Shown: in pieces, positions 1-8,969 of the stretch | Layout: every line of letters begins with the position of its first letter | Numbering within the stretch: position 1 is the stretch's first letter | Assembly: GCA_023144005.1 (NCBI GenBank) | Contig: JAGLGN010000006.1 | Location: 1,841-65,840, forward strand | DNA length: 64,000 nucleotides | Direction of reading: 5' to 3' | Origin: a bacterium | GTDB taxonomy: Bacteria > AUK180 | Made by a program: the position numbers and the translations under genes | The notes under the pieces: model-generated | What the model saw: the letters and a program-made list of their open reading frames with translations, nothing else | Told to the model about the DNA's origin: nothing | Database searches by the model: none

Positions 1-337
1 CCGCGAGTGAAGGTATAATTACTTGTGAACATCCAGCCGTCCTTCTCACCATAAGCATCATCGGCTCTGTCCACGGAGCGCCAGCCAGGTGTCTGTATCA
101 GAAGCGCACCTGTTATAGTATCAGAAATGGTCGCATACCTCGCGGATCCGTATGTTCTTGTCAACTCTCTTACTATCTTGTCGATGTACATCTCTGTTTC
201 CGCCTGAGCTTTCCTCTTGGCAAGGCCGTTCCTGATGGAATTGTATGCCGTGTATATCATGCCGAGCACCAAGAGCGAGACCGACATAACGACGAGAAGC
301 TCAATTAAAGTAAAGCCTTTTCTTTTAGTCTTCATCA
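1..337 (-). CDS. Prepilin-type N-terminal cleavage/methylation domain protein (type IV pilin / T2SS pseudopilin-like), 5' part only; the gene runs off the window start
   Basis: Reverse-strand translation from ATG at ~337 gives MMKTKRKGFTLIELLVVMSVSLLVLGMIYTAYNS..., i.e. the class-III signal (KG|FTLIEL + hydrophobic helix). The frame stays open to position 1. Confidence 0.7.
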
Positions 338-343
338 TTACCA

Positions 344-3300
344 CTAATTACAGGAACAACCGGCTTTCTTGAGACAATTGACCATAACTGTCGCAACATC
401 GCTGCCGGAAGCATCGTTCACCGTGACCGTGACCGTAAAGGTCTGTGTCACATTATCCGAGAAGGTGTAGCTGGTCGTTGTCTTAGGACCGTCAGTCTTG
501 GAAGACGACTTACCATCTCCCCAGTCAAAAGCATAGTGAAATATAGTATCGTCGGGATCGTCTACGGTCACAGTAAAGCCCATAACTACGCCGCCAAGTA
601 ATGTGCATGAGAAAGAGGTTATAACAGGCGGCTGATTGACGCCGATACATGCAGCGTCCTTTTCACAATCGGAGTCGGCACAATCGATATTTCCGTCACC
701 GTCATTGTCTATAGCATCGTTACAATTTGTTTCAACTGTTTGACACAGATAGTAAACACTGCAATCCGGGTCATCGCAATCCACAAGGCCGTCGCCGTCA
801 TCGTCGCTTCCATTGTCGCAGATCTCCGGATTAACGGCTACGCAATTTGCCGCAGCGACACAGTCCGGATCATCACAATCGGTATAGCCGTCGCCGTCAT
901 CGTCAAGGCCATTATTACAAATGGTTTCAATCTTGACACATGCAGTATGGTCTACACAGTCCGTATCCTCGCAATCAATGTAGCCGTCCCCGTCATTATC
1001 CACACCGTCATCACAGATCTCAGTATCGATTCCGGTGGGTGCTGGGAAAAGGATCACGACCATCGTATCCGTATCATAGGCGCCAGAAGGATCTACCACC
1101 TCCAGATACACATCAATATATGCGGGTTCGCTATCATCCGCGCCACCCTTGGCAATAAGAAAATCATCTTCTGTAAATGTATGATAGTATGTGGCACCAT
1201 AATGTGAATTTCCGGTAGAGAAGGCCCAGTAATATGTAAGGTCCGTTAGTGCATCATCACAATCACCCGAACCTCTCGCGTCAAAGTACATCATATTTCC
1301 CACGGTGGTAAAATTATCCGCTCCGGCATTCGCTACCGGCGGGTAATTATATCCCCAGTCCTTCGTGCTGAATATATAGGTCTGCGGACATTTATACTCC
1401 TGAGATTGATCAGTTTTCACAATGATCTCGAAATCACATTGATCCATACCAAATGGAACTGCCTCATATGGAAGATCGGTAATTTGATTTGAAAAATGCA
1501 AATACAGCTTTACGGTGCTGCCGTAATCAGGGATCCACAGATTGGAATGGATCGAGGAGTTCAATTGCAATTCTATCGGGGCTCTTTCTCTTGAGCCCGG
1601 TGTCGGGGAATCATCCCTCCAATCCCAGATAACTCCTCCATTAGACGGATAATATGTGGACGATCCCTGGATCTCTATGGTTATCCTGTCGATATAAGGA
1701 AATGCCGAGGAGGTATCTCCCGAAGAAAGACAGATACTTTTGTATGTCGGTTCTTTGATCTCAATGGAATCAAGGATCATATCCCCGTGGCGGAAGTTCT
1801 CCAATGTGAGGACCACGGTATCATTGCTCGGCCCTTCAAGGACAACATCGCCGCTTAAATAAGGATCACTCATCCCGCTAGGGAAATAAAGGGCGTCGGC
1901 CTGATGGATGGTGAGGAAGCTTACACCTGGGTTATCTTCACTCGGTGGATTATACACATAATTATACGAAGAATCATATGCCATGGTCCTGAACCATAGA
2001 TCATCACGGCTATCGGGAGTTATATACCATTTGACATTATACCAGGTTTCAGGAGGCGAGACAGGAATATAGTGCACATGAGGGGTCATATCGCCGCCGA
2101 AATACATAATGTCCAACGGTACAGCCGCGAATGCCGTTTGGTAAACACCGCATTCATCGATAACATCAAAATCGATGATTATCGGCTCTATATTTGAGGC
2201 AACGCACTCTGAAAAACCAAGTCCGCCGTAATTGAAAACGATATTCGGAGGGCTGTTATCAAATTCAGTAACCTTTATATAGGTATCTTCGGCGTCGCCT
2301 ACGGGTATCATAGTAAAGGAATCACATTTATCATATGCGACTATCTCATAGTAGATATCCGGCAGGTTATCATAGGTACCGCCGCCGGACCAATCTTCAA
2401 TGGCGGTTTCGGGGATCGTCCATGTGAATCGACCCTCCGCGTCCGGGCCTTTTCTGTCGTATATCTCGATCAGAGAGCCCTTATTCCCCGCAGCATCCAG
2501 TTTGGCATAATAAGCCTGTACACGGTTCAGATCAAGTCCGGCAACACCATTGGCGCCGTCCAATATGGTCGCCATGACGAGGCCGTCACAAGCATTGGCA
2601 ACTATTTGTGAGCTGTAATCGCTAATGGTAGGGGGCTGAGAATCATAAATATTCAAGGTAGCGGAATTTGAGTAAGACTCCCTCACAGTAACCGTGCAGT
2701 CCTCTCCGATGAAATCGTCCTGAACATAGACCTGGAGGAACATATCAAAAGGCTCTTCGCCGGCGTATTCCTCGGTACATACGGAATCATTACCGTAGGG
2801 AGAGCCCATATCCGCATTAATAACAGCCGAGGCGGGAACATCAGCCGCATAATAATTCAAACTGCCGGCGTTTTTCAATTCCAATGATACCGCATCAGCT
2901 ATCGTTTCACCGTAATACCAGTAAAGCAATGTAAGCTGCGGCAGCCTTGAAGGACAATTATCATTCAAACCCACTCTGACAGTAAAGGCCGTAGAAACAG
3001 GCAGCGCCTGGGAGGTCCAGTCAATTGCGGCTCCGCCGATGGCAATGATCTCAATATTGTCGATCGAAGGATTATCACAGCATGATTTATCCATTGGTTC
3101 AAAACTGGAGATCACTGTAGAAAGAGTATATTCCTTCATTCTGACCTCTTCAAAGAAAGCATTATCCCCTGAGAGTAGAGCATTCAGGGCAGCTGTGATC
3201 GTAACCATCCGTCTGGTCTCGGGCCAGGAAACGTGGACGGTTACCCTCTTCATATCAAGGCCCTGTCCGGTATAGTCATCAGCGAGATTATTATCTGAAT

Positions 3301-3664
3301 CTATTATTGCTCTTATACGATAGGGTTTATCTTCAGTTCCCGAAAGATCCTGTTCCATGACCACATATTCCACCTCTTCTTTAACAAAGTATTTTTTGGT
3401 GAGTTTGACGCCCATAGATACATAGATATCCCTGTCGTTCTCATAGAGCCAGTTGACATCGGATATGCTGTTGAAATCCGACTGTGCGCGCGACTCAATA
3501 AGATCGATACGGGTCTTTGCAATGAGCTTTGCCTCGTTCTTATGTGTAAGTTGTCTGGCGTTAGCGCCTACTACTCCCAACATCCTGATCACGGCAAAAA
3601 GTCCGACGGTTATAATGGTAACTGCAACAAGAAGCTCGATTATCGTGGTACCTTTGCGTTTCAT
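344..3664 (-). CDS. Giant (1106 aa) pilin-fused adhesin: prepilin-type N-terminus, ~900 aa beta-rich region, four TSP3-like Ca-binding DxDxDGxxDCxDxDC repeats, C-terminal PKD-like domain
   Basis: N-term MKRKGTTIIELLVAVTIITVGLFAV is a prepilin signal. The C-terminal region has DNDGDGYIDCEDTDC, DDDGDGYTDCDDPDC, DDDGDGLVDCDDPDC and DNDGDGNIDCADSDC repeats, then a PKD-like ...HYAFDWGDG...TFTVTVTVNDASG segment. Confidence 0.75.
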   Translation of the reverse strand: MKRKGTTIIELLVAVTIITVGLFAVIRMLGVVGANARQLTHKNEAKLIAKTRIDLIESRAQSDFNSISDVNWLYENDRDIYVSMGVKLTKKYFVKEEVEYVVMEQDLSGTEDKPYRIRAIIDSDNNLADDYTGQGLDMKRVTVHVSWPETRRMVTITAALNALLSGDNAFFEEVRMKEYTLSTVISSFEPMDKSCCDNPSIDNIEIIAIGGAAIDWTSQALPVSTAFTVRVGLNDNCPSRLPQLTLLYWYYGETIADAVSLELKNAGSLNYYAADVPASAVINADMGSPYGNDSVCTEEYAGEEPFDMFLQVYVQDDFIGEDCTVTVRESYSNSATLNIYDSQPPTISDYSSQIVANACDGLVMATILDGANGVAGLDLNRVQAYYAKLDAAGNKGSLIEIYDRKGPDAEGRFTWTIPETAIEDWSGGGTYDNLPDIYYEIVAYDKCDSFTMIPVGDAEDTYIKVTEFDNSPPNIVFNYGGLGFSECVASNIEPIIIDFDVIDECGVYQTAFAAVPLDIMYFGGDMTPHVHYIPVSPPETWYNVKWYITPDSRDDLWFRTMAYDSSYNYVYNPPSEDNPGVSFLTIHQADALYFPSGMSDPYLSGDVVLEGPSNDTVVLTLENFRHGDMILDSIEIKEPTYKSICLSSGDTSSAFPYIDRITIEIQGSSTYYPSNGGVIWDWRDDSPTPGSRERAPIELQLNSSIHSNLWIPDYGSTVKLYLHFSNQITDLPYEAVPFGMDQCDFEIIVKTDQSQEYKCPQTYIFSTKDWGYNYPPVANAGADNFTTVGNMMYFDARGSGDCDDALTDLTYYWAFSTGNSHYGATYYHTFTEDDFLIAKGGADDSEPAYIDVYLEVVDPSGAYDTDTMVVILFPAPTGIDTEICDDGVDNDGDGYIDCEDTDCVDHTACVKIETICNNGLDDDGDGYTDCDDPDCVAAANCVAVNPEICDNGSDDDGDGLVDCDDPDCSVYYLCQTVETNCNDAIDNDGDGNIDCADSDCEKDAACIGVNQPPVITSFSCTLLGGVVMGFTVTVDDPDDTIFHYAFDWGDGKSSSKTDGPKTTTSYTFSDNVTQTFTVTVTVNDASGSDVATVMVNCLKKAGCSCN

Positions 3665-3746
3665 AGGTCCTCCTCTATTGCTAATTAAATTGCACTTTAT
3701 GTGCCAATGGCTTATTTGCCGCTATATTGGACAGATTTCGGACAAA

Positions 3747-4247
3747 TCACCATCGGTCAAGGCAATTATCGACAATTTTAACTGAAATTTTTGTAAACGC
3801 CTCTTCTATCGCGTCGTCTTCCCTGTTCTTGGTATCTCTTTCGGGATAATAATAACCATGGTCAGTTATCTTTCCCTCTTTCAATATCTCCTCTCCCTCT
3901 TTGAATTCATACTCTACCGTGAAGCCGATACGGTACTGCAGCGGCTTGCTTTCTTCATCGAACATCGAGGCCTTTTTCAGGGCATCCGTGATGCTGATAA
4001 CAAGCACACCGCCGGCACGGGATCGATCGGAGGAAATATTGCGGATTCTGATACCGGCATTTGAAAAAGCGTCCGATATTGCGCTTTCCATAATGAAGTC
4101 ACAGGGAAATTCTGTAATGTTCGATATACTTGAAAGCTCAAGTCTACGCTCACCGTTCAAGAGTAAGTTGCCGAATGTATATCCGCAGCCGGTGAACATC
4201 GGAATAAGGATGCTAAATAATAATATTGACCATTTTGCCCGGAACAT
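3747..4247 (-). CDS. lptE: Lipoprotein, LptE-like (LPS-assembly lipoprotein candidate) immediately downstream of leuS
   Basis: Signal peptide plus lipobox (ILIPMFTGCG), ~165 aa, and the conserved leuS-lptE synteny. The protein family call rests on synteny and size. Confidence 0.45.
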   Translation of the reverse strand: MFRAKWSILLFSILIPMFTGCGYTFGNLLLNGERRLELSSISNITEFPCDFIMESAISDAFSNAGIRIRNISSDRSRAGGVLVISITDALKKASMFDEESKPLQYRIGFTVEYEFKEGEEILKEGKITDHGYYYPERDTKNREDDAIEEAFTKISVKIVDNCLDRW

Positions 4248-6633
4248 AGATCTCCTTGCGTATCGTCATTCCCTGTAAATGCTTCTTGATATTAGGGTTG
4301 GATAGCGCGTACTTCAATATTTCTTTCTTTGTAGCGCTTCTGCCCACCGTAATAACGGCTCTTAATTTACCCTTGATCTGCACCGGTATCTCTATCTGAT
4401 CGGTCATCAGGGCGGTCTCATCGTGAACAGGCCACTGCTTCTCAAAGATAGATCCACCGCCAAAAATGAGTTTATTGTATTCCTCAGCCAAATAAGGAAA
4501 AAACGGCGCCATCACCTTGATGAACATTGCCTTTGTATCCTTAGACAGGGAGAAGTCAGCAGATTCCATCTTTTTATGGATGAAGTTAACATATTCCATC
4601 ATTGCGGCTATTGCTGTATTCAATTTAAACCGCTCAATATCCGAATTTACTTTTTTTACCAGAAGATGGGTCTGGTACCTGATCTCCTTGTCATCGTTAT
4701 TCCCTTCCTTCGCGTCCAATACGGTCTGTATCCTCGAGATAAACCTCTTGATAGAATCGACGCTTGATTCCTTCCATTCCAGATCCGCTTCCGGAGGTGC
4801 GATAAAAAGGATAGTGCCGCGAGCTACATCGACGCCCTCTTTCTTAACGAACGGGCCTACGGGAACCGCATTACCCTTGGATTTTGACATCACCTCCAGA
4901 TCACCGTTGATACGGTTCATGACCATTCCTTGAGTAAAGAGCTGCTTGAACGGCTCCTTATGAGAGATCATTTTAATATCATGCAGGAACTTGGTGATAA
5001 AACGCGAGAACATCAAATGGAGTATGGCATGTTCGACTCCGCCGATATACAGATCCACAGGAAGCCAGTAATCCGCCTTATCTTTTGAAAAAATGCTGCC
5101 GCTGTTCAAGGCATCGGTATAGCGCAAAAAATACCATGAGGAATCCACGAAAGTATCCATCGTATCGGTATCCCTCTTTGCGTCTTTTCCGCATTTGGGG
5201 CATTTCGTATTAACAAAATCATCCACGGACCCGAGCGGTGAAATCCCCTTTGGCACATAGTCCACCTTGCGGGAATCAGGCAGCAGTATGGGAAGATTCT
5301 CGATCTTCTCGGGGACCATGCCGCAATCCGGGCAATGTATCATGGGGATCGGTGCGCCCCAATACCTCTGCCTGGAGATCAGCCAGTCGCGAAGGCGGTA
5401 ATTTACCGTGCGCTTGCCTTTGCCCGCCGCTTCCAGATGCTCAATTATTTTTTCGATGGCATCAGAGGATAGCATCCCAGTGAATTCACCGGAATCCGTC
5501 ATAATGCCCGGTTCGATATATGCATTTGTCATTGATGATATGTCTAATTGTTCATTCTCGGGATTGATAACGACCTTAACAGGTATGGAATATTTCTTTG
5601 AAAAGGAAAAATCACGCTCATCATGGGCGGGAACTCCCATCACACTGCCGGTGCCGTATGTAGCAAGGACATAATCCGCCACAAAGATCTCTACATCTTC
5701 TCCGGTAAGGGGATTAACCGCATACACTCCGGTAAAAACACCGTCCTTTTCGGTTTTGGTGCCGGTACGCTCCACCTCGGATTTCTTGCGCGCCTGATCA
5801 ATATATGCGTCAAGCTCTTGTCTTTTTTCAGAGGTAATGTCCAATGAGTTAAGCAAAGGATTCTCCGGGGCGACGGCCATGAAGGTAACTCCGTAAAGAG
5901 TATCCGGACGGGTAGTATAGACCTTTATCTCTCCATCTCCGCTTTTCAAAGGGAAGTTAACTGTTACTCCATAAGAACGGCCGATCCAATTCCGCTGCAT
6001 GAGCTTCACTTTCTCAGGCCAGAGCGGAAGGTCTTCGAGATCTTCCAGTAATCTGTCAGCATATTTCGTTATGCCGAAATACCATTGCTCCAGATCCTTC
6101 TTTGTTACTTCCGTGCCGCATCGGTAGCACTCACCGGATTCAACCTGCTCATTAGCGAGTACCGTCATACACGACGGGCACCAGTTCACAGGGGCGTTTG
6201 ACCGGTATGCCAGACCATTTTCATAGAGCTGAATGAAGAGCCATTGAGTCCATTTATAATAATCGGGCAGGCATGTTGTTACTTCCCTGTCCCAATCATA
6301 GGTTATTCCTAGTTTTTTAAAGGTTTCTTTTGAAACTGAAATATTTTCTAATGTCCATTCTTTCGGTGATATTTTTCTTTGTATCGCGGCATTCTCCGCG
6401 GGAAGTCCGAAAGCATCCCAGCCCATCGGATGAAGGATGGAATATCCTTTCATCTTATAGTATCTGGTATATACATCCCCTATAACATAATTTCTAAGGT
6501 GGCCGACATGAAGATCTCCGGAAGGATATGGGAACATTTCAAGGACATAGAATTTCTTTCCCTTCTCATCCGCCTTGAAGATATTCTTCTCTTCCCAATA
6601 ATTTCTCCAATACTCTTCATTTACCTGCATCAT
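4213..6633 (-). CDS. leuS: Leucyl-tRNA synthetase
   Basis: Class I aaRS HIGH motif (PYPSGDLHVGHLRNY), KMSKS (VMSKSKGN) and an editing domain, ~800 aa. Start chosen at the MM pair preceded by GGAGG; the longest ORF starts at 6672. Confidence 0.9.
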   Translation of the reverse strand: MMQVNEEYWRNYWEEKNIFKADEKGKKFYVLEMFPYPSGDLHVGHLRNYVIGDVYTRYYKMKGYSILHPMGWDAFGLPAENAAIQRKISPKEWTLENISVSKETFKKLGITYDWDREVTTCLPDYYKWTQWLFIQLYENGLAYRSNAPVNWCPSCMTVLANEQVESGECYRCGTEVTKKDLEQWYFGITKYADRLLEDLEDLPLWPEKVKLMQRNWIGRSYGVTVNFPLKSGDGEIKVYTTRPDTLYGVTFMAVAPENPLLNSLDITSEKRQELDAYIDQARKKSEVERTGTKTEKDGVFTGVYAVNPLTGEDVEIFVADYVLATYGTGSVMGVPAHDERDFSFSKKYSIPVKVVINPENEQLDISSMTNAYIEPGIMTDSGEFTGMLSSDAIEKIIEHLEAAGKGKRTVNYRLRDWLISRQRYWGAPIPMIHCPDCGMVPEKIENLPILLPDSRKVDYVPKGISPLGSVDDFVNTKCPKCGKDAKRDTDTMDTFVDSSWYFLRYTDALNSGSIFSKDKADYWLPVDLYIGGVEHAILHLMFSRFITKFLHDIKMISHKEPFKQLFTQGMVMNRINGDLEVMSKSKGNAVPVGPFVKKEGVDVARGTILFIAPPEADLEWKESSVDSIKRFISRIQTVLDAKEGNNDDKEIRYQTHLLVKKVNSDIERFKLNTAIAAMMEYVNFIHKKMESADFSLSKDTKAMFIKVMAPFFPYLAEEYNKLIFGGGSIFEKQWPVHDETALMTDQIEIPVQIKGKLRAVITVGRSATKKEILKYALSNPNIKKHLQGMTIRKEIYVPGKMVNIII

Positions 6634-6778
6634 TGCCTCCGATTGGCTAGTGTGCCGTTCCATAAATACCATAACAATGGCTGATGCTATCGCATCCCAT
6701 ATTCATGGAACAGCACGCTAATTTATCAATATTCTACAAAATCCGCAAGGAAAATCCCTGCGAGGTCAGAAATGTATC

Positions 6779-7174
6779 TTACTCTGCGGCTACCAGGACC
6801 TCTTCACGATCCTTCCATGCAATTACGCCGAGAATGATCAGATTCACTATTGGTATGAGGAATAAAAGGAACCATATTGGGGGATAATTTCTTCTTTTGA
6901 GTATTTCTATCCAGACCATGATCCCGAATACTATGTTCGCTATAGGAACAAATATTATCATAGCGATCCACCACATTGGTTTCTGGGCGATCATTATCAT
7001 AAGTACAAGATTCAATATCGGTATCCAGGCGAACCATGCGTTTTCAGTATTGGTCTTTTTAGCGATGGTCTGAAGGACCAGTGCCATATACACATAGAGA
7101 ACAATTGACAATAACCAAGAAAATGCTACTGTTCCTGCTGCCAATCCTGCTGCTGCTACATCAACTTCGTTCAT
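6779..7174 (-). CDS. Small integral membrane protein (about four TM helices), function unknown
   Basis: Hydrophobic segments WLLSIVLYVYMALVL, WIPILNLVLMIMIA, WIAMIIFVPIANIVFGIMVWI and FLLFLIPIVNLIILGVIA. Confidence 0.5.
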   Translation of the reverse strand: MNEVDVAAAGLAAGTVAFSWLLSIVLYVYMALVLQTIAKKTNTENAWFAWIPILNLVLMIMIAQKPMWWIAMIIFVPIANIVFGIMVWIEILKRRNYPPIWFLLFLIPIVNLIILGVIAWKDREEVLVAAE

Positions 7175-7353
7175 AAAACCTCCTGATTCATATTATTTTA
7201 AGGTATTATGAGTTTTTTTGCAAGCGATTTAACGGAGAATACGGGAGGCGAAATACTCCACATGGCCACAATCGGACCCCGGATTGAGATGTATGCCGGA
7301 AATTGAATTCTTCTTACATAAATGCTATATTCCCCTATAATTAGGAGGTAAAA

Positions 7354-7746
7354 ATGCCAACAATAAAAACCGTAAACAAAGGTGATTTGCTTGCTGAGAC
7401 TATCATAGGGAACCACAAGGTTCTAACTGACCTGCCCGAAAGCTGGGGAGGAAAAGACAGAGGACCCTCTTCTACCGACCTTCTCGTGGCATCGCTCAGT
7501 TCTTGTATAATGGGAATTGTGGCTAACTACTGTAAACAGGCAGAGCTTGACGCTACAGGTATCGAAATTGAAATTTCCTTTGACTATGCCACAGATCCCA
7601 TGAAGCTTGTAAATATCCACCCGCATATTTCCCTGCCTAATGAAGAATTAAAAAAGCGAAAGAACGCCATTCTAAATGCCGTAGAAGTCTGTCCCGTCCA
7701 TACCACCATTTGCGAAACTGATAATATCACGGTTACAGTTGGATAA
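7354..7746 (+). CDS. OsmC/Ohr family peroxiredoxin-like protein
   Basis: OsmC signature GPSSTDLLVASLSSC, ~130 aa. Strong SD (AGGAGGT) 7 nt upstream, and TTACAT-16-TATAAT promoter-like hexamers at ~7304-7332. Confidence 0.8.
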   Translation: MPTIKTVNKGDLLAETIIGNHKVLTDLPESWGGKDRGPSSTDLLVASLSSCIMGIVANYCKQAELDATGIEIEISFDYATDPMKLVNIHPHISLPNEELKKRKNAILNAVEVCPVHTTICETDNITVTVG

Positions 7747-7934
7747 TCACTGAGAGAATTCGGGATTCGCAAGTTTGAATATTCAAAGGCATACGGGTTG
7801 AGAAATAACAAGTCGAGGTTTGTTGTAGAATGGGAAAAAGAAACACACTGTTTTCATTTTCTATCCTATTCTTTCTGCCTCCTTTCTTCTAATTGTTAAC
7901 GGCAATTGTATTTTACGCTTGCGCACTGGCCCTC

Positions 7935-7968
7935 ATCGTTTTGCAAATTTTCGGCTAAGTGTTATAAT
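7935..7968 (+). promoter_or_regulatory. Sigma70-like promoter (TTGCAA-16 nt-TATAAT) placed so the transcript of the 7974 gene would be leaderless or near-leaderless
   Basis: 'ttgcaaattttcggctaagtgttataatcacatATG': the -10 hexamer ends 5 nt before the ATG at 7974, and there is no SD. Confidence 0.4.
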
Positions 7969-7973
7969 CACAT

Positions 7974-8351
7974 ATGCATTGCATTATCTGTCAAACACCA
8001 TTATTTGATAAGAAAGCTTACAAAAGCCAGAGTCACAAAAAATACATAAAATGTCCCGGATGCGGAAATGTCTTCAAAATACAAGTGCCAAAGGAGATCC
8101 ATATGCTCTTTCTATTTGTTATTGCAGGAATAGTTATCTGGATCTATAAGGGAGAACACAATCTGAGTCAGGCGGCGATGAAGATATTTTCGGGGGTCGT
8201 ATTCTCAAATGTCCTCTCATTTGCCATTGCGCCGCTAATGGCTTCATATGATTTCTCTCGGCTCGAATTGATACACATCGATGATCCTTCGGAAATTTCA
8301 GCATCAAAATATTTCAATTTCAAGAAGAAAAAGAAATCCAAAGATAATTGA
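7974..8351 (+). CDS. Zinc-ribbon (CxxC...CxxC) membrane protein, hypothetical
   Basis: MHCIICQTP...KCPGCGNVF followed by two hydrophobic helices and a lysine-rich C-terminus. Confidence 0.45.
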   Translation: MHCIICQTPLFDKKAYKSQSHKKYIKCPGCGNVFKIQVPKEIHMLFLFVIAGIVIWIYKGEHNLSQAAMKIFSGVVFSNVLSFAIAPLMASYDFSRLELIHIDDPSEISASKYFNFKKKKKSKDN

Positions 8352-8382
8352 TTTATTGCACGATATAGATTAAAATTAATAA

Positions 8383-8957
8383 GTGTAGTGTTTCATAATT
8401 AGCTTGATAATGGAATGCTTAGATTTAAGTCAATTCCGACGTACAATGAGCGCGGTGTACCCTTTGTGGTACATAAGCGAAGAGAAAGGAATAAATTGAC
8501 CAAAGATGGGATTCCCTTCGGGCTGAAGCTCTTTTTCCGTCTTCTGCGTTGCTAGTGCTCTTTTTCATAAATACGATGGCAATGGAATGTTTCGATTTGA
8601 GTCAATTCCAACGAACAATAAGCGCGGCGTACCCTTTGTGGTCCGTAAGCGGAGAGAGAGGAAGAAATTGACCAAAGATGATATTCCCTTCGGGCTGAGG
8701 CTCTTTTTCTGTCTTCTGTGTTGCTCGTCGCTTACATACCGCTGTGGGTATGCGACGATCCTCGCTCTTAGAATCCAGAACAAAATAGCATCAGCCATTG
8801 TTACCGTATTTATGAATCAGAGCACTCATTGCTTACATACCGCAGTGGGTATGCGGCGTTCCTCACGCCTCGAATACGGAATAAAATTGCATCAGCCATT
8901 GTCCAGCCAATTATAAAACACTTCACTATAGTGTAGTGTTTTGTGATTCAGAGCACT
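8383..8957. repeat. Composite pile-up of three tandem or partial copies of the ~270 bp MITE-like element (family A): truncated copy ~8383-8560, full copy ~8553-8826, partial copy ~8827-8957
   Basis: Three successive 'aatggaatg(c/t)ttagatttgagtcaattcc...' and 'cttacataccgc..gggtatgc' modules. TIR-like 'agtgctctttttcataaatacg' and 'cgtatttatgaatcagagcact' flank the middle copy. Confidence 0.8.
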
Positions 8958-8969
8958 AAGCGGGGCTTT

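Noticed and set aside
740-1207. Plus-strand ORFs (155 aa, 72 aa) inside the giant adhesin gene
   Set aside because: They are antisense to a strongly supported 1106-aa CDS. Their composition (I/V/A-rich or H/R/P-rich) is typical of antisense frames of Asp/Gly/Cys-rich repeats.
7750-7800. AT palindrome 'caagtttgaatattcaaa' after the OsmC gene as a terminator
   Set aside because: The stem is purely A/T with no GC and no downstream T-run, so it is not a convincing intrinsic terminator.
8565-8798. 77-80 aa ORFs 'MADAILF(W/R)I(L/Q)(R/G)AR...YPQRYVSDEQ(H/R)RRQKK' recurring at 8565-8798, 15537-15779, 37675-37908 and 39395-39601, and plus-strand 'MFRFESIPTNN...' ORFs inside the same regions
   Set aside because: They are the conceptual translation of the family-A MITE in two frames. 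They are conserved only because the DNA repeat is conserved. Stops and frameshifts differ between copies and there is no RBS, so they are not protein-coding.
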